DNA from: Bacteroidales bacterium
GTDB taxonomy: Bacteria > Bacteroidota > Bacteroidia > Bacteroidales > UBA932
DNA length: 64,000 nucleotides
Assembly (NCBI GenBank): GCA_017509755.1
Contig: JAFWOY010000027.1
Span: forward strand, 1,983 to 65,982
Direction of reading: 5' to 3'
Shown: in pieces, positions 53,594-61,877 of the stretch
Numbering within the stretch: position 1 is the stretch's first letter
Layout: every line of letters starts with the position of its first letter
Notes under the pieces: model-generated
Seen by the model: only the letters and a program-made list of their open reading frames with translations
What the model was told of the DNA's origin: nothing
Database searches by the model: none
Program-made: the position numbers and the translations under genes

Positions 53594-54970
53594 TTAATAT
53601 TGAACATTTACATTGACATTTTCTGAACCCATTGCCCCGCCCTCGGTATTGATTCTGATGCCGGAGCCGCTGACGGTCTTCGAGGAGCGTATATGGTCGG
53701 CATATGCACTCCAACCATTGGCGGATTGATAATCATCGACGGACTCTTCCGGCACGATGATCATCATATTCTCCGGTGTACCGGCAAAAGCGTTGGCACC
53801 AAGCGCCGGTGGAGTGCTCGGATTCACATAGACTTCGACCAGTGAACTGCATCCTGAAAACATATTGTCAGGTATCACCGAAATCTGTCTGGGAATGACA
53901 ACACTGGTCAAATCTGACTGGTTCGTGAAAAGCGGCAGTGTGGTCAGGCCATAAAAGAATTCCAGTTCCTCGAAAGCAAGAATGCCTGCCGGAAGTGCTG
54001 AAGGAAAAGTGGTAACGCCGGCAATCTCTACCATTGAGAGTTTTCCATCCCCGTTCTTGTCGAAATTCGACAGACAGTAGGCCCGGACACGCGAATCCTC
54101 AAACGAGAGGTCGTCGTCCAGAAAACCGGACACATTCGTGTTGTAGGCGTATCCGTTCTGCAATCGCGCCGACGTGAAGGTTGTCTCAAACGAATTCGTA
54201 GTAGTTTCCAATTTGATTGACCTCGTTGCGGACGCGGAAGCCGGAACAGCCACATACAGTGTTTTCACGCCTGCATCTGAAACAGATTGCGAATCAGGTG
54301 AAAGCACGATATTCCCGGTTGTCGGTGTGATATCGAATCCGGTCTTTCCGGCATTGATTTTCAAGTCAAAGCAATTGGTCACATTCGTCAGAGTGACGTG
54401 TTCGATCTTGGCGGAAGCCGGCATATCAGACATTCCCATCATAATGTAACTCATCAAGAAACTGAAAGATATCGTCGCATTCTGGAAAGAACCGCTACCA
54501 GCCTTTGCAACAGAATAAACGCAAAGCGGAACAGCCCCGGTCGTGCCCTTCTGGGCTGACATATCCACGTGAATCCCAGAAAAAGTTATCTCGGATGTAT
54601 TCTCCTGTGCCGGATAGAAATAGGCAATCTGATCGCCCTCATTCACCGTCCCCTGCAGCGACCCAGAGAATGTCGTAGATGTCCCGCTGGAGTTGGCTGT
54701 CAGCCATCCGCCCAGCAGTTTTCCCGATGTCAGGTTGACCACAGAAAGTTTATCTCCAGCGGACCAGTTGATACGGACTGTATACTGCGTAGAGGCCTTC
54801 GTGCCCACGTCTTCTTCAGCATTTGTCAACACGGGAAGTTCAGGCAGATTCGCCGTCAAAGACAAACTGAAGGTGCCTTCTCCCAAAGGAATCGACTCTG
54901 CCTCAAAGACGTTGTCACTACAGGATCCTAATACAAACAGTAACGCAAAAATGATGTAATACCGTCTCAT
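53594..54970 (-). CDS. Lipoprotein: pilin-like N-terminal part + DxDxDG loop + BspA-type LRR C-terminus
   Basis: ATG 54970 gives MRRYYIIFALLFVLGSC. GTKAS motif ~45 aa after the lipobox. FDKNGDGKLSMVE. C-terminal VVIPRQISVIPDNMFSGCSSLVEVYVNPSTPPALGANAFAG (BspA-like LRR). Confidence 0.75.
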   Translation of the reverse strand: MRRYYIIFALLFVLGSCSDNVFEAESIPLGEGTFSLSLTANLPELPVLTNAEEDVGTKASTQYTVRINWSAGDKLSVVNLTSGKLLGGWLTANSSGTSTTFSGSLQGTVNEGDQIAYFYPAQENTSEITFSGIHVDMSAQKGTTGAVPLCVYSVAKAGSGSFQNATISFSFLMSYIMMGMSDMPASAKIEHVTLTNVTNCFDLKINAGKTGFDITPTTGNIVLSPDSQSVSDAGVKTLYVAVPASASATRSIKLETTTNSFETTFTSARLQNGYAYNTNVSGFLDDDLSFEDSRVRAYCLSNFDKNGDGKLSMVEIAGVTTFPSALPAGILAFEELEFFYGLTTLPLFTNQSDLTSVVIPRQISVIPDNMFSGCSSLVEVYVNPSTPPALGANAFAGTPENMMIIVPEESVDDYQSANGWSAYADHIRSSKTVSGSGIRINTEGGAMGSENVNVNVQY

Positions 54971-54977
54971 TATTCTC

Positions 54978-55994
54978 TTATTGAACCGGGATAATGACAC
55001 CATCGGATCCGATGGTATTCTCTGATTCTACTGTCAAGTTCATTCCAGCAGACTGGTCGGAGCTGCCCAGACTGATCTTAATATTGTTCAAGCAGTTGCG
55101 TTTAATCTGGATGGTTTTCGTTCCATAGTCTTCCGTCACGCCGATGCCGCGCTTCCAGGAAACCGCCAGCGTCATATTCTCCATATAGTCATCCGCATAG
55201 AGCCAGGCATTCCTTGCCTGATAGAAGGCATAGAACTGCGGTTCACTGGAATAGGTTGCAGTACTGGTCGTGTTGTCAATGAAAGTCTTGTTGTCGTTAT
55301 AAACCTTCACAGTCACTTCACCATCCGTCACGCCCGAGAGTTCATATTTGAGTTTGAAACCGACCCGTTTGAGGTCCATATTCAGCGTTTCGTACTCACC
55401 GGTCGGGGAATAATCATTGATTTCGCCATAAAACCAATCGTCGCATTGGGGATATTTAGTTCCACACGCGACAGCTTTCTCAATTTCACTTAACTTATAA
55501 GCTGAAGAACCTCTGACTTTTAGTACTGTGGTATTATTTGTTTCGTAATAATAATAACTACCTACGGAATTATAATACCACATATTAATAGCCTGATACC
55601 ACGCATCACTATGATAGTACGTATCGTTGCCGTATTGGTCAGAATGCAAACCATTATTTACCGAACTGTACGCCGAACTTAGAAGAATCTTACCATTTCT
55701 TATACAACTGATGATAATTCTATAATTGTCAGTTCCATTCTTTAGATTAACAGCCATTTTCGCTATGTCATCAAAATACCCCATAGCAAAATGATTACTC
55801 CCTCTATATACTTGTACAAAAAAAAGATCATCCGTAGAAGCTTTCGTCATGGGCGTATCCGTTGTTTTGATTTCACCGTCCAAATTGAAAGATACCAGAC
55901 AATCACTCTCTTCTTGTGCATCCGCATTACCCAATTGACTGCATGCCGATAATAGGGTAATGAAGACAAACATCAATACATAATACTTTTTCAT
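54978..55994 (-). CDS. Lipoprotein, type-V-pilin (fimbrillin)-like; paralogue of 56002..57030
   Basis: Lipobox LLSAC. VSFNLDGEIKTTDTPMTKAS aligns with VSLNLKGDFDVEVTQDPLTKAAS of the neighbouring gene, and FYGEINDY...LKRVGFKLKYELSGVTDGEVTVK aligns with FYGETDQY...LKRVVFGAKFVVTGVQEGSVLVK. Confidence 0.7.
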   Translation of the reverse strand: MKKYYVLMFVFITLLSACSQLGNADAQEESDCLVSFNLDGEIKTTDTPMTKASTDDLFFVQVYRGSNHFAMGYFDDIAKMAVNLKNGTDNYRIIISCIRNGKILLSSAYSSVNNGLHSDQYGNDTYYHSDAWYQAINMWYYNSVGSYYYYETNNTTVLKVRGSSAYKLSEIEKAVACGTKYPQCDDWFYGEINDYSPTGEYETLNMDLKRVGFKLKYELSGVTDGEVTVKVYNDNKTFIDNTTSTATYSSEPQFYAFYQARNAWLYADDYMENMTLAVSWKRGIGVTEDYGTKTIQIKRNCLNNIKISLGSSDQSAGMNLTVESENTIGSDGVIIPVQ

Positions 55995-56001
55995 AAGGCA
56001 C

Positions 56002-57030
56002 TCAGTTGTTAGGGTTTACATTGATGTCAATCAAACTGTTTCCATCGATGCCGATGTTGATGTCGTTATCATCTCCCATCGGTTCTTCCGTGAGGGTGAA
56101 CTGGGCACCAGACAAATCAGGAGAAAGGTTGATGGTAATGGTCGTCATCACATTCCGTTTAAATGTCACACTCTGGCTATTGCTGAGATTCCACAGTGTT
56201 CCACCGCGGTCGCTTGTATAATTGATGGACACATTGGCAGCGGAAGAATAGGTTTCACCCGGATGATCCTCCTCGTATTTCCAGCAAGTATAAGGGCCTG
56301 CGAAAGTGTAAAGCGTTTCGGTTCCAGAATCATCGGCCGTATAGGTCTGATTGAAAAAGTCTCCACACTTGACAAGGACACTCCCCTCTTGTACGCCAGT
56401 TACGACGAATTTGGCTCCAAAAACCACGCGTTTCAAATAGATATCGACAGTCCCGTTCGCAACAGGAACATATTGATCAGTCTCCCCATAGAAACGATTC
56501 ACGTGAGCATAATTCGTGGCATTGCTGGTCGAAGGAGAAGAAGTGGATTTCAGGTGAGCCGGTCCATTGCCGATACCAGACAAATAGATATTACTTTCAT
56601 TGATGATAAACCGGTTGCCGACCTGCGTCGATCCGGATGATGAAGTCTGGAACGGATAAGCATACCCCGAAAAACTATTGTTGAACGCCTGCCCATAATA
56701 CAATTGGTTCTTGGCATCTTTAATTAGGGCGCAGGTGAATTTGTACTTGTGCCCCGATAACAATGTGATAGACATTGCCGGAATGTTGTCGAAAAGCCCA
56801 TAGGCGTACACATCATTCGTGACACCATCGCTCTCTTTGTCATAATAGACATTGATACCATATGCATCGTTCGATGCCGCCTTCGTCAGCGGATCCTGAG
56901 TTACTTCCACATCAAAGTCGCCTTTGAGGTTTAGGGAGACTGTCACTGGCTCTGAAATACCATTCTCATTAATGAGACTAGTGCAGCCTAAAGTAATGAC
57001 GCCAGCTAATAAAACGATAAATCGTCTCAT
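56002..57030 (-). CDS. Lipoprotein, type-V-pilin (fimbrillin)-like; paralogue of 54978..55994
   Basis: Lipobox ITLGC. PLTKA motif after the first beta-strand. ATGA overlap with the upstream small ORF. Confidence 0.7.
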   Translation of the reverse strand: MRRFIVLLAGVITLGCTSLINENGISEPVTVSLNLKGDFDVEVTQDPLTKAASNDAYGINVYYDKESDGVTNDVYAYGLFDNIPAMSITLLSGHKYKFTCALIKDAKNQLYYGQAFNNSFSGYAYPFQTSSSGSTQVGNRFIINESNIYLSGIGNGPAHLKSTSSPSTSNATNYAHVNRFYGETDQYVPVANGTVDIYLKRVVFGAKFVVTGVQEGSVLVKCGDFFNQTYTADDSGTETLYTFAGPYTCWKYEEDHPGETYSSAANVSINYTSDRGGTLWNLSNSQSVTFKRNVMTTITINLSPDLSGAQFTLTEEPMGDDNDINIGIDGNSLIDINVNPNN

Positions 57031-57302
57031 AATTGGATATGCATTTTTTTAATAAAGTCGATAATAACCATCATTTTATCATAGTACTTTTGACAGATAC
57101 CTCGCTTATATGACCGCGAAGTGTACGTATAACGTTTTGCCTCTTTGCTGAAGACTTCACGTGTCACGTTCTCGCCTTGAAGGTAAAACTGCTTGACGAA
57201 TTGATAGAATCGTTCATCATCCAGGGGATGGATTTGAATTCCATCAAATGTTTTGATCCAAGCATCAAAAGCTTCCCTTGTTTTTTCTGACTTCAGTTCC
57301 AT
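57027..57302 (-). CDS. Small hypothetical protein (91 aa)
   Basis: ATG start, 2-nt gap from the upstream ORF and ATGA overlap with the downstream lipoprotein gene. Basic and helical in composition. No motif recognised. Confidence 0.5.
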   Translation of the reverse strand: MELKSEKTREAFDAWIKTFDGIQIHPLDDERFYQFVKQFYLQGENVTREVFSKEAKRYTYTSRSYKRGICQKYYDKMMVIIDFIKKMHIQL

Positions 57303-57304
57303 CT

Positions 57305-57565
57305 CTATAGCAGATCTAATAACTCTTCATTCAGGGCTAAGACGGCCTTACAAATCGCTTCTTCAGAATCTTCTGTGTGCGAAGTTCCTTTAATATCTCT
57401 AGTAAGGACTCTCGTTGCGTTTTTTTGAAATGTTTCACGGATGCTAACCGTAATAACAACTGATTTCGGTTCATTTGATTCCGAAATAGTCCAAACAGCA
57501 TTCTGAACAGCATCTGTTCCTTCTAACCACTCCCCTACTTTTTTCTCAAAGTTACTTTGATCCAT
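57305..57565 (-). CDS. Small hypothetical protein (86 aa from ATG 57565; 102 aa if TTG 57613)
   Basis: First ORF of the minus-strand operon. Acidic. No motif recognised. The start codon is uncertain. Confidence 0.45.
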   Translation of the reverse strand: MDQSNFEKKVGEWLEGTDAVQNAVWTISESNEPKSVVITVSIRETFQKNATRVLTRDIKGTSHTEDSEEAICKAVLALNEELLDLL

Positions 57566-57846
57566 CTCCCAGTTAATCTGACTATGGCCCCAGTAGTCGA
57601 ATAAAGTACACAAAAAGAAAGTGTGGAGCCCTGCTTATTTGACTGGAGGCTCTGGTAAGACCTTGAAACGAATAAGCAATACCCCACACCCGTATGGTGA
57701 GCGGCGCAGAGTACGCCGTAGGATTCCCATACAAGGGTGATGAGTGATGTGCTGTCCTCGTTTCGTGAAAATTTACCAGATTTCCAGTCAAGGATGAAGC
57801 ATACACTTTCATCTATATGTCAATCGATTCCGGGGAATCGACCTTA

Positions 57847-57854
57847 CAAATATA
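57847..57854 (-). promoter_or_regulatory. Candidate -7 element (TATATTTG on minus strand) for the small-ORF/pilin-like operon
   Basis: The plus strand reads CAAATATA. It is followed 6 nt downstream (minus sense) by the 16-nt palindrome CGATTCCGGGGAATCG (57825-57840). This would give a 230-280-nt leader. Confidence 0.3.
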
Positions 57855-57970
57855 GACAATTCTTTTCCGAAATCAAAAAGAATCTTCGTCACGCGTGCGG
57901 GGTATTGCCGCGATTGTCATTATTCGCAGTGCGAATATATATAAACACAGGGCTCTTCAATCATCCATTT

Positions 57971-58046
57971 CGTCCATTTCAAAAAACTTTCGCCCTGAAG
58001 TGATAAATTGTTTTTTTGTCAAAGGTGTCCGGATGATTGTGTTTAC
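57971..58046. repeat. Repeat R2, copy C (upstream region of the KilA-N gene)
   Basis: A 76-nt block CGTCCATTTCAAAAAAC...GGATGATTGTGTTTAC differs at 6 positions from copy D at 59103-59178 (hand alignment). Confidence 0.85.
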
Positions 58047-58074
58047 CTTTATGCTGACAGTTGGATTATACGTT

Positions 58075-58893
58075 ATGGCAAAGCAAAACACAATGACGGT
58101 CAAAGACCTGAGCGTGAGGACGCTGAACAAAAATGGCATCGACTATATCTGCATCACGGACATTGCCCGGCAGAAGAATGCCGTTGAGCCCAAGGATGTT
58201 GTTAAAAACTGGATGCGCCAAAAGAATACGCTTGAATACCTTGGATTATGGGAACGATTGAACAATCCTTCATTTAAAGGGGTCGAATTCGACCCCCTTT
58301 TGAATGAAGCTGGTAGTAATTCCTTTACGATGAGTCCTACCAGATGGATAGAGTTGACATCCGCCGTAGGGATTCTTGCAAAGAATGGCGCTGGTGGTGG
58401 TACATTTGCCCAACGTGACATTGCCTTCAAGTTCGCCAACTGGGTTTCAGTTGAATTCGAACTATATCTGATCAAAGAATTCCAGCGGCTCAAATCCGAG
58501 GAACAGAAGCAGTTGGGCTGGTCGGCGAAACGCGAACTCTCGAAGATCAACTACCGCATTCATACCGATGCCATCCGGCGTCATTTGATTCCGGAGGAGA
58601 TAACTGCGGCGCAATCGATCATTATCTATGCCGAAGAAGCCGATGTGCTAAATGTCGCAATGTTCGGTATGACGGCAAAAGAGTGGCGCGAAGCCAATCC
58701 CGACCTGGACGGCAACATCCGGGACTATGCAACCATCAACGAACTGATCTGCCTTTCGAATATGGAGAATATCAACGCGGTGTTGATCGGGGATGGCATC
58801 CCGCAAAGCGACCGCTTGATCAAGTTGAATCGGATCGCAATCCAGCAAATGACTATCCTCACGGGAGACAATAACCGTCATCTCCTGAAATAA
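58075..58893 (+). CDS. KilA-N domain-containing protein
   Basis: ATG 58075 (MAKQNTMTVKDLSVRTLNKNGIDYICITDIARQKN). GGGTFAQRDIAFKFANWVSVEFELYLIKEFQRLK is the KilA-N core pattern. The ORF-track extension to 57895 runs through repeat R2 and is rejected. Confidence 0.8.
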   Translation: MAKQNTMTVKDLSVRTLNKNGIDYICITDIARQKNAVEPKDVVKNWMRQKNTLEYLGLWERLNNPSFKGVEFDPLLNEAGSNSFTMSPTRWIELTSAVGILAKNGAGGGTFAQRDIAFKFANWVSVEFELYLIKEFQRLKSEEQKQLGWSAKRELSKINYRIHTDAIRRHLIPEEITAAQSIIIYAEEADVLNVAMFGMTAKEWREANPDLDGNIRDYATINELICLSNMENINAVLIGDGIPQSDRLIKLNRIAIQQMTILTGDNNRHLLK

Positions 58894-58951
58894 AGTCCTC
58901 GCGGACAGGAAACGGACTCTGATAGACACAAGACAGCCCGTCCTATTAACA

Positions 58952-59072
58952 ACAGTGGACACAGAATGCGTCCCAACCCGGATTCGCGTATTCTGCGTCC
59001 ACAAAAACCTTGAAACAGCCCCATTCCCGGACACAGAATGAACATACCTACCCGAAAATGCATTCTGTGTCC
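58952..59072. repeat. Repeat R1, copy B
   Basis: Hairpin 1 is 58957-58970/58987-59000 (one mismatch, one G-T wobble). Hairpin 2 is 59029-59040/59061-59072 (12 bp, perfect). Confidence 0.85.
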
Positions 59073-59102
59073 ACCCATAGTCCTCACTCCATTCCTCAAT
59101 TA

Positions 59103-59178
59103 CGTCCATTTCAAAAAACATTCGCCATCAAGCGATAAATTGCTTTTTTGTCAAAGGTGCCCGGATGATTGTGTTTAC
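59103..59178. repeat. Repeat R2, copy D (orphan; no downstream plus-strand gene)
   Basis: See copy C. It is followed directly by the 3' end of the minus-strand kinase gene. Confidence 0.85.
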
Positions 59179-59222
59179 ACTGACCCGTGGGTCGCGTTGA
59201 CATCTACCAACCCCGGCCGCGG

Positions 59223-60890
59223 CTACATCGTGCCCCCGCCGATGAAGGCGCGGAGCAGCGAGGTGGCCGGAATATCCTTGTCGGAGACAGGAATAAAGTA
59301 GTGGAGGAATTTCAGGAGACGGTGGGCTTCACTGTATTCCGGGCAGTTCTTCGGGACGGTGCGGAGGATCAGTTCTGCGTGGGTGTGGAGCACGGCAAAT
59401 TCCACCAGATAGGCGGAGTTGAACATCACATCGGCATTTTCCTGATAGGGATAGATCCACTGCTCTTCCGAGCGGCGCACGTTGGGCCACTGGTTGATGG
59501 TCTCACGGGCGGAGAAAGCGCCTTTGTTGTAGTCGCGGATGATACGGCGCAGCAGACGGTTGTCGCTGGTCGGCACCCAGTTGTGATCGTCAAGTGCGAT
59601 GCTGGTGAGCGTGGAGATGAAAATCTTGAACGTGCTTTCAGTCGGGACTTGCGGAATCAGCTGCGGGTTGAGCGCGTGGATACCCTCGATAAGCAGCACG
59701 CGTCCCGGCTTCATCTGCAGGTGCTTGCCGTTATACTCGCGGCGGCCTGTCACAAAATTGAATTCGGGCATATCCACCACTTCTCCCTGCAGGAGTTTCA
59801 ATACATCCTGCTCCAAGGCTCGATGGTCCACCGTTTCGAAATTGTCGAAGTCGTAGCTGCCGTCCGGAAGTTTCGGCGTCTCGATACGGTTGACGAAATA
59901 GTCGTCGGTCGAGAATGAAATGGGCCGGAGGCCACAGGCTTTTAACTGCACGCTCAGGCGCCGCGTGACCGTAGTTTTGCCACTGCTGGAAGGCCCGGTA
60001 ATCAGGACAATGCGCACCGGATTCACGGGATCGTTGTAACGCCGCTCAATCTCCTCGGCAATCTGCACCAGCTTCTTCTCCTGCAGCGCTTCTGAAATCT
60101 GGATCAGGTCGGACGCGCCGCCTTCCAGGCAGACGTGGTTCACGTCGCCGGCGTTGCGTAAGTTCATGATCTTGTTCCAGCGGAAATTCTCGGAAAAGAC
60201 CTCGAACGTCTTGGGCTGGTCCACATAAGGCGCCAATTCGTCCGGATTGTAGCGGTCCGGGACTCGCAGCAGAAGGCCACCGTGGTAAAGCACGATGTCC
60301 CACACCTTGATATAGCCGGCAGACGGGAGCAGACGGCCATAGTAATAATCCACCGTGTCCCCCAACTTATAATAATCCACATAAGGTTGTCCGCTTGTTT
60401 CCAGCAAGCGGACTTTGTCTTCGTATCCCTGCTCCCGGAAGATCTGGATCGCTTCCTCGAGCCGCACTTCCCGGCGGTGGAACGGAAGGTTCTCGTTGAT
60501 GATCTCCTGCATCCGGGCCTTGATCATCTGCACGTCCGCTTCCGTGGGTTCTGTGCCGTCCGGCTTGGTGAGCTCGCAGAAATAGCCGTTCGAAATCGGG
60601 TGTTTGATCTCGATCTTGGCCTGCGGGCAGATGTCCATGGTGGCCTTGCAAAGCAGGAAACAAAGCGAACGGCAATAGACGCGGCGGGCACTGGCATCCC
60701 GCAAGTCGAGGAATTCGATGTCGCGGTTGTTATAGACGCGGAACCGGAGCCCTTGCGACACATTGTTCACTTTGGCAGAAACGATGGGATACGGACGGTC
60801 GAACTCAAATTCCGGAAGCATCTCTTCCAGTGTGGTTCCTTCGTTGAACTGTTTGTACGTCCGGTTGTTCTTGCAGTAGATCCTGAGCAT
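59223..60890 (-). CDS. Nucleoside (uridine-type) kinase with N-terminal TGS/ThrRS-like domains
   Basis: P-loop LITGPSSSGKTT in a uridine-kinase/PRK-like C-terminal half. The N-terminal ~250 aa resemble the TGS + second additional domain of ThrRS. Confidence 0.75.
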   Translation of the reverse strand: MLRIYCKNNRTYKQFNEGTTLEEMLPEFEFDRPYPIVSAKVNNVSQGLRFRVYNNRDIEFLDLRDASARRVYCRSLCFLLCKATMDICPQAKIEIKHPISNGYFCELTKPDGTEPTEADVQMIKARMQEIINENLPFHRREVRLEEAIQIFREQGYEDKVRLLETSGQPYVDYYKLGDTVDYYYGRLLPSAGYIKVWDIVLYHGGLLLRVPDRYNPDELAPYVDQPKTFEVFSENFRWNKIMNLRNAGDVNHVCLEGGASDLIQISEALQEKKLVQIAEEIERRYNDPVNPVRIVLITGPSSSGKTTVTRRLSVQLKACGLRPISFSTDDYFVNRIETPKLPDGSYDFDNFETVDHRALEQDVLKLLQGEVVDMPEFNFVTGRREYNGKHLQMKPGRVLLIEGIHALNPQLIPQVPTESTFKIFISTLTSIALDDHNWVPTSDNRLLRRIIRDYNKGAFSARETINQWPNVRRSEEQWIYPYQENADVMFNSAYLVEFAVLHTHAELILRTVPKNCPEYSEAHRLLKFLHYFIPVSDKDIPATSLLRAFIGGGTM

Positions 60891-60909
60891 GGGATAAGTG
60901 AATTAACAG

Positions 60910-61842
60910 TTAGGCCAAAACGTTGTCGATAAAAGTGAGCAGGTCGTTCCAGACCCGTTGGCGGCCGGTCTCGTTGTGGATCTCGTGCCGCATCTGTGGA
61001 TAGACCTGTGCCGTCACATTGTGATAACCCACTTCGGGGAGCAGGCGCACCGCTTTGCGGAAACGGGAGTCCGAGCCGCGGCAAGGGTCCTGCTCGCCGG
61101 ACATGAAATGGATATGCATCGAGGGATTGCGCACAGCCCATCCTTTCGTACTGTAGCAATCCTGCATCAGGCCCATCAGGTTGTAGAAGCCATTGGCCGT
61201 AAAGACATACTGGCAGAGCGGATCCGCATGGTAGTCCTTGAGCGTTTCCGGGTCGGAGCATACCCAAGCCGCCGCCCAGCCTTCATCAGCAAAAGGCTTG
61301 TTATAAGCGCCAAAGGACATTTTTTGCAACAGGGCCGGGCGGAAGTGCCATCCTTTTTGCCGTCCAAACAACCAGGCCAGGGCCTTCCCCGCCCCTTTTG
61401 CGGGATTATCCACGGGGCAACCACTTACCAGCAGGGCGGAGATCCGGTCGTCATATTGCTTGGCAAAAGAACGGACGACCATCGAGCCCATGCTATGGCC
61501 ATACAGAATCACCTTGAGATCAGGATATTGGCCGTGGATCCAATCGTTTACGACGCGGACATCTTCCACCATCGCCTTCCAACCACCCTCATACATATAG
61601 CCAAGGTCTTCCGGGCTCTTGACCGAAGCGCCATGGCCGCGATGGTCGTGGATCACGCAGATGAGCCCATGACCGCTGAAGAACTGCATCAGCGGGATAT
61701 ATCGCTCTTTGTGTTCGCACATGCCGTGGACAAGCTGGACAATGCCCCGCGGGGTCTCATCTTTCACATCCGGAACGGATACAAGCCCGGCTAGTTTAAG
61801 TCCGTCTGCGGATGCATCCAGCGAAAAGGGAGTGATTGCCAT
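60910..61842 (-). CDS. Alpha/beta hydrolase (lysophospholipase/monoacylglycerol-lipase-like)
   Basis: ATG 61842 (MAITPFSL...). Oxyanion region LVHGMCEH and nucleophile elbow GHSMGS. The ORF-track start at 61968 would overlap the lacZ 3' end. Confidence 0.75.
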   Translation of the reverse strand: MAITPFSLDASADGLKLAGLVSVPDVKDETPRGIVQLVHGMCEHKERYIPLMQFFSGHGLICVIHDHRGHGASVKSPEDLGYMYEGGWKAMVEDVRVVNDWIHGQYPDLKVILYGHSMGSMVVRSFAKQYDDRISALLVSGCPVDNPAKGAGKALAWLFGRQKGWHFRPALLQKMSFGAYNKPFADEGWAAAWVCSDPETLKDYHADPLCQYVFTANGFYNLMGLMQDCYSTKGWAVRNPSMHIHFMSGEQDPCRGSDSRFRKAVRLLPEVGYHNVTAQVYPQMRHEIHNETGRQRVWNDLLTFIDNVLA

Positions 61843-61877
61843 GGTGGTAGTCGGGATTAGATTGCGAATGTACAAAA

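Noticed and set aside
57895-58074. 60-codon upstream extension of the KilA-N ORF.
   Set aside because: It runs through repeat R2, which recurs without a gene at 59103-59178. KilA-N family proteins start near MAKQN...; ATG 58075 fits.
57614-58074. Invertible (phase-variable) promoter between the pilin-like operon and the KilA-N gene.
   Set aside because: I found no pair of flanking inverted repeats of 10-30 bp spaced 150-400 bp apart. No site-specific recombinase gene is nearby. The repeats seen (R1, R2) are direct.
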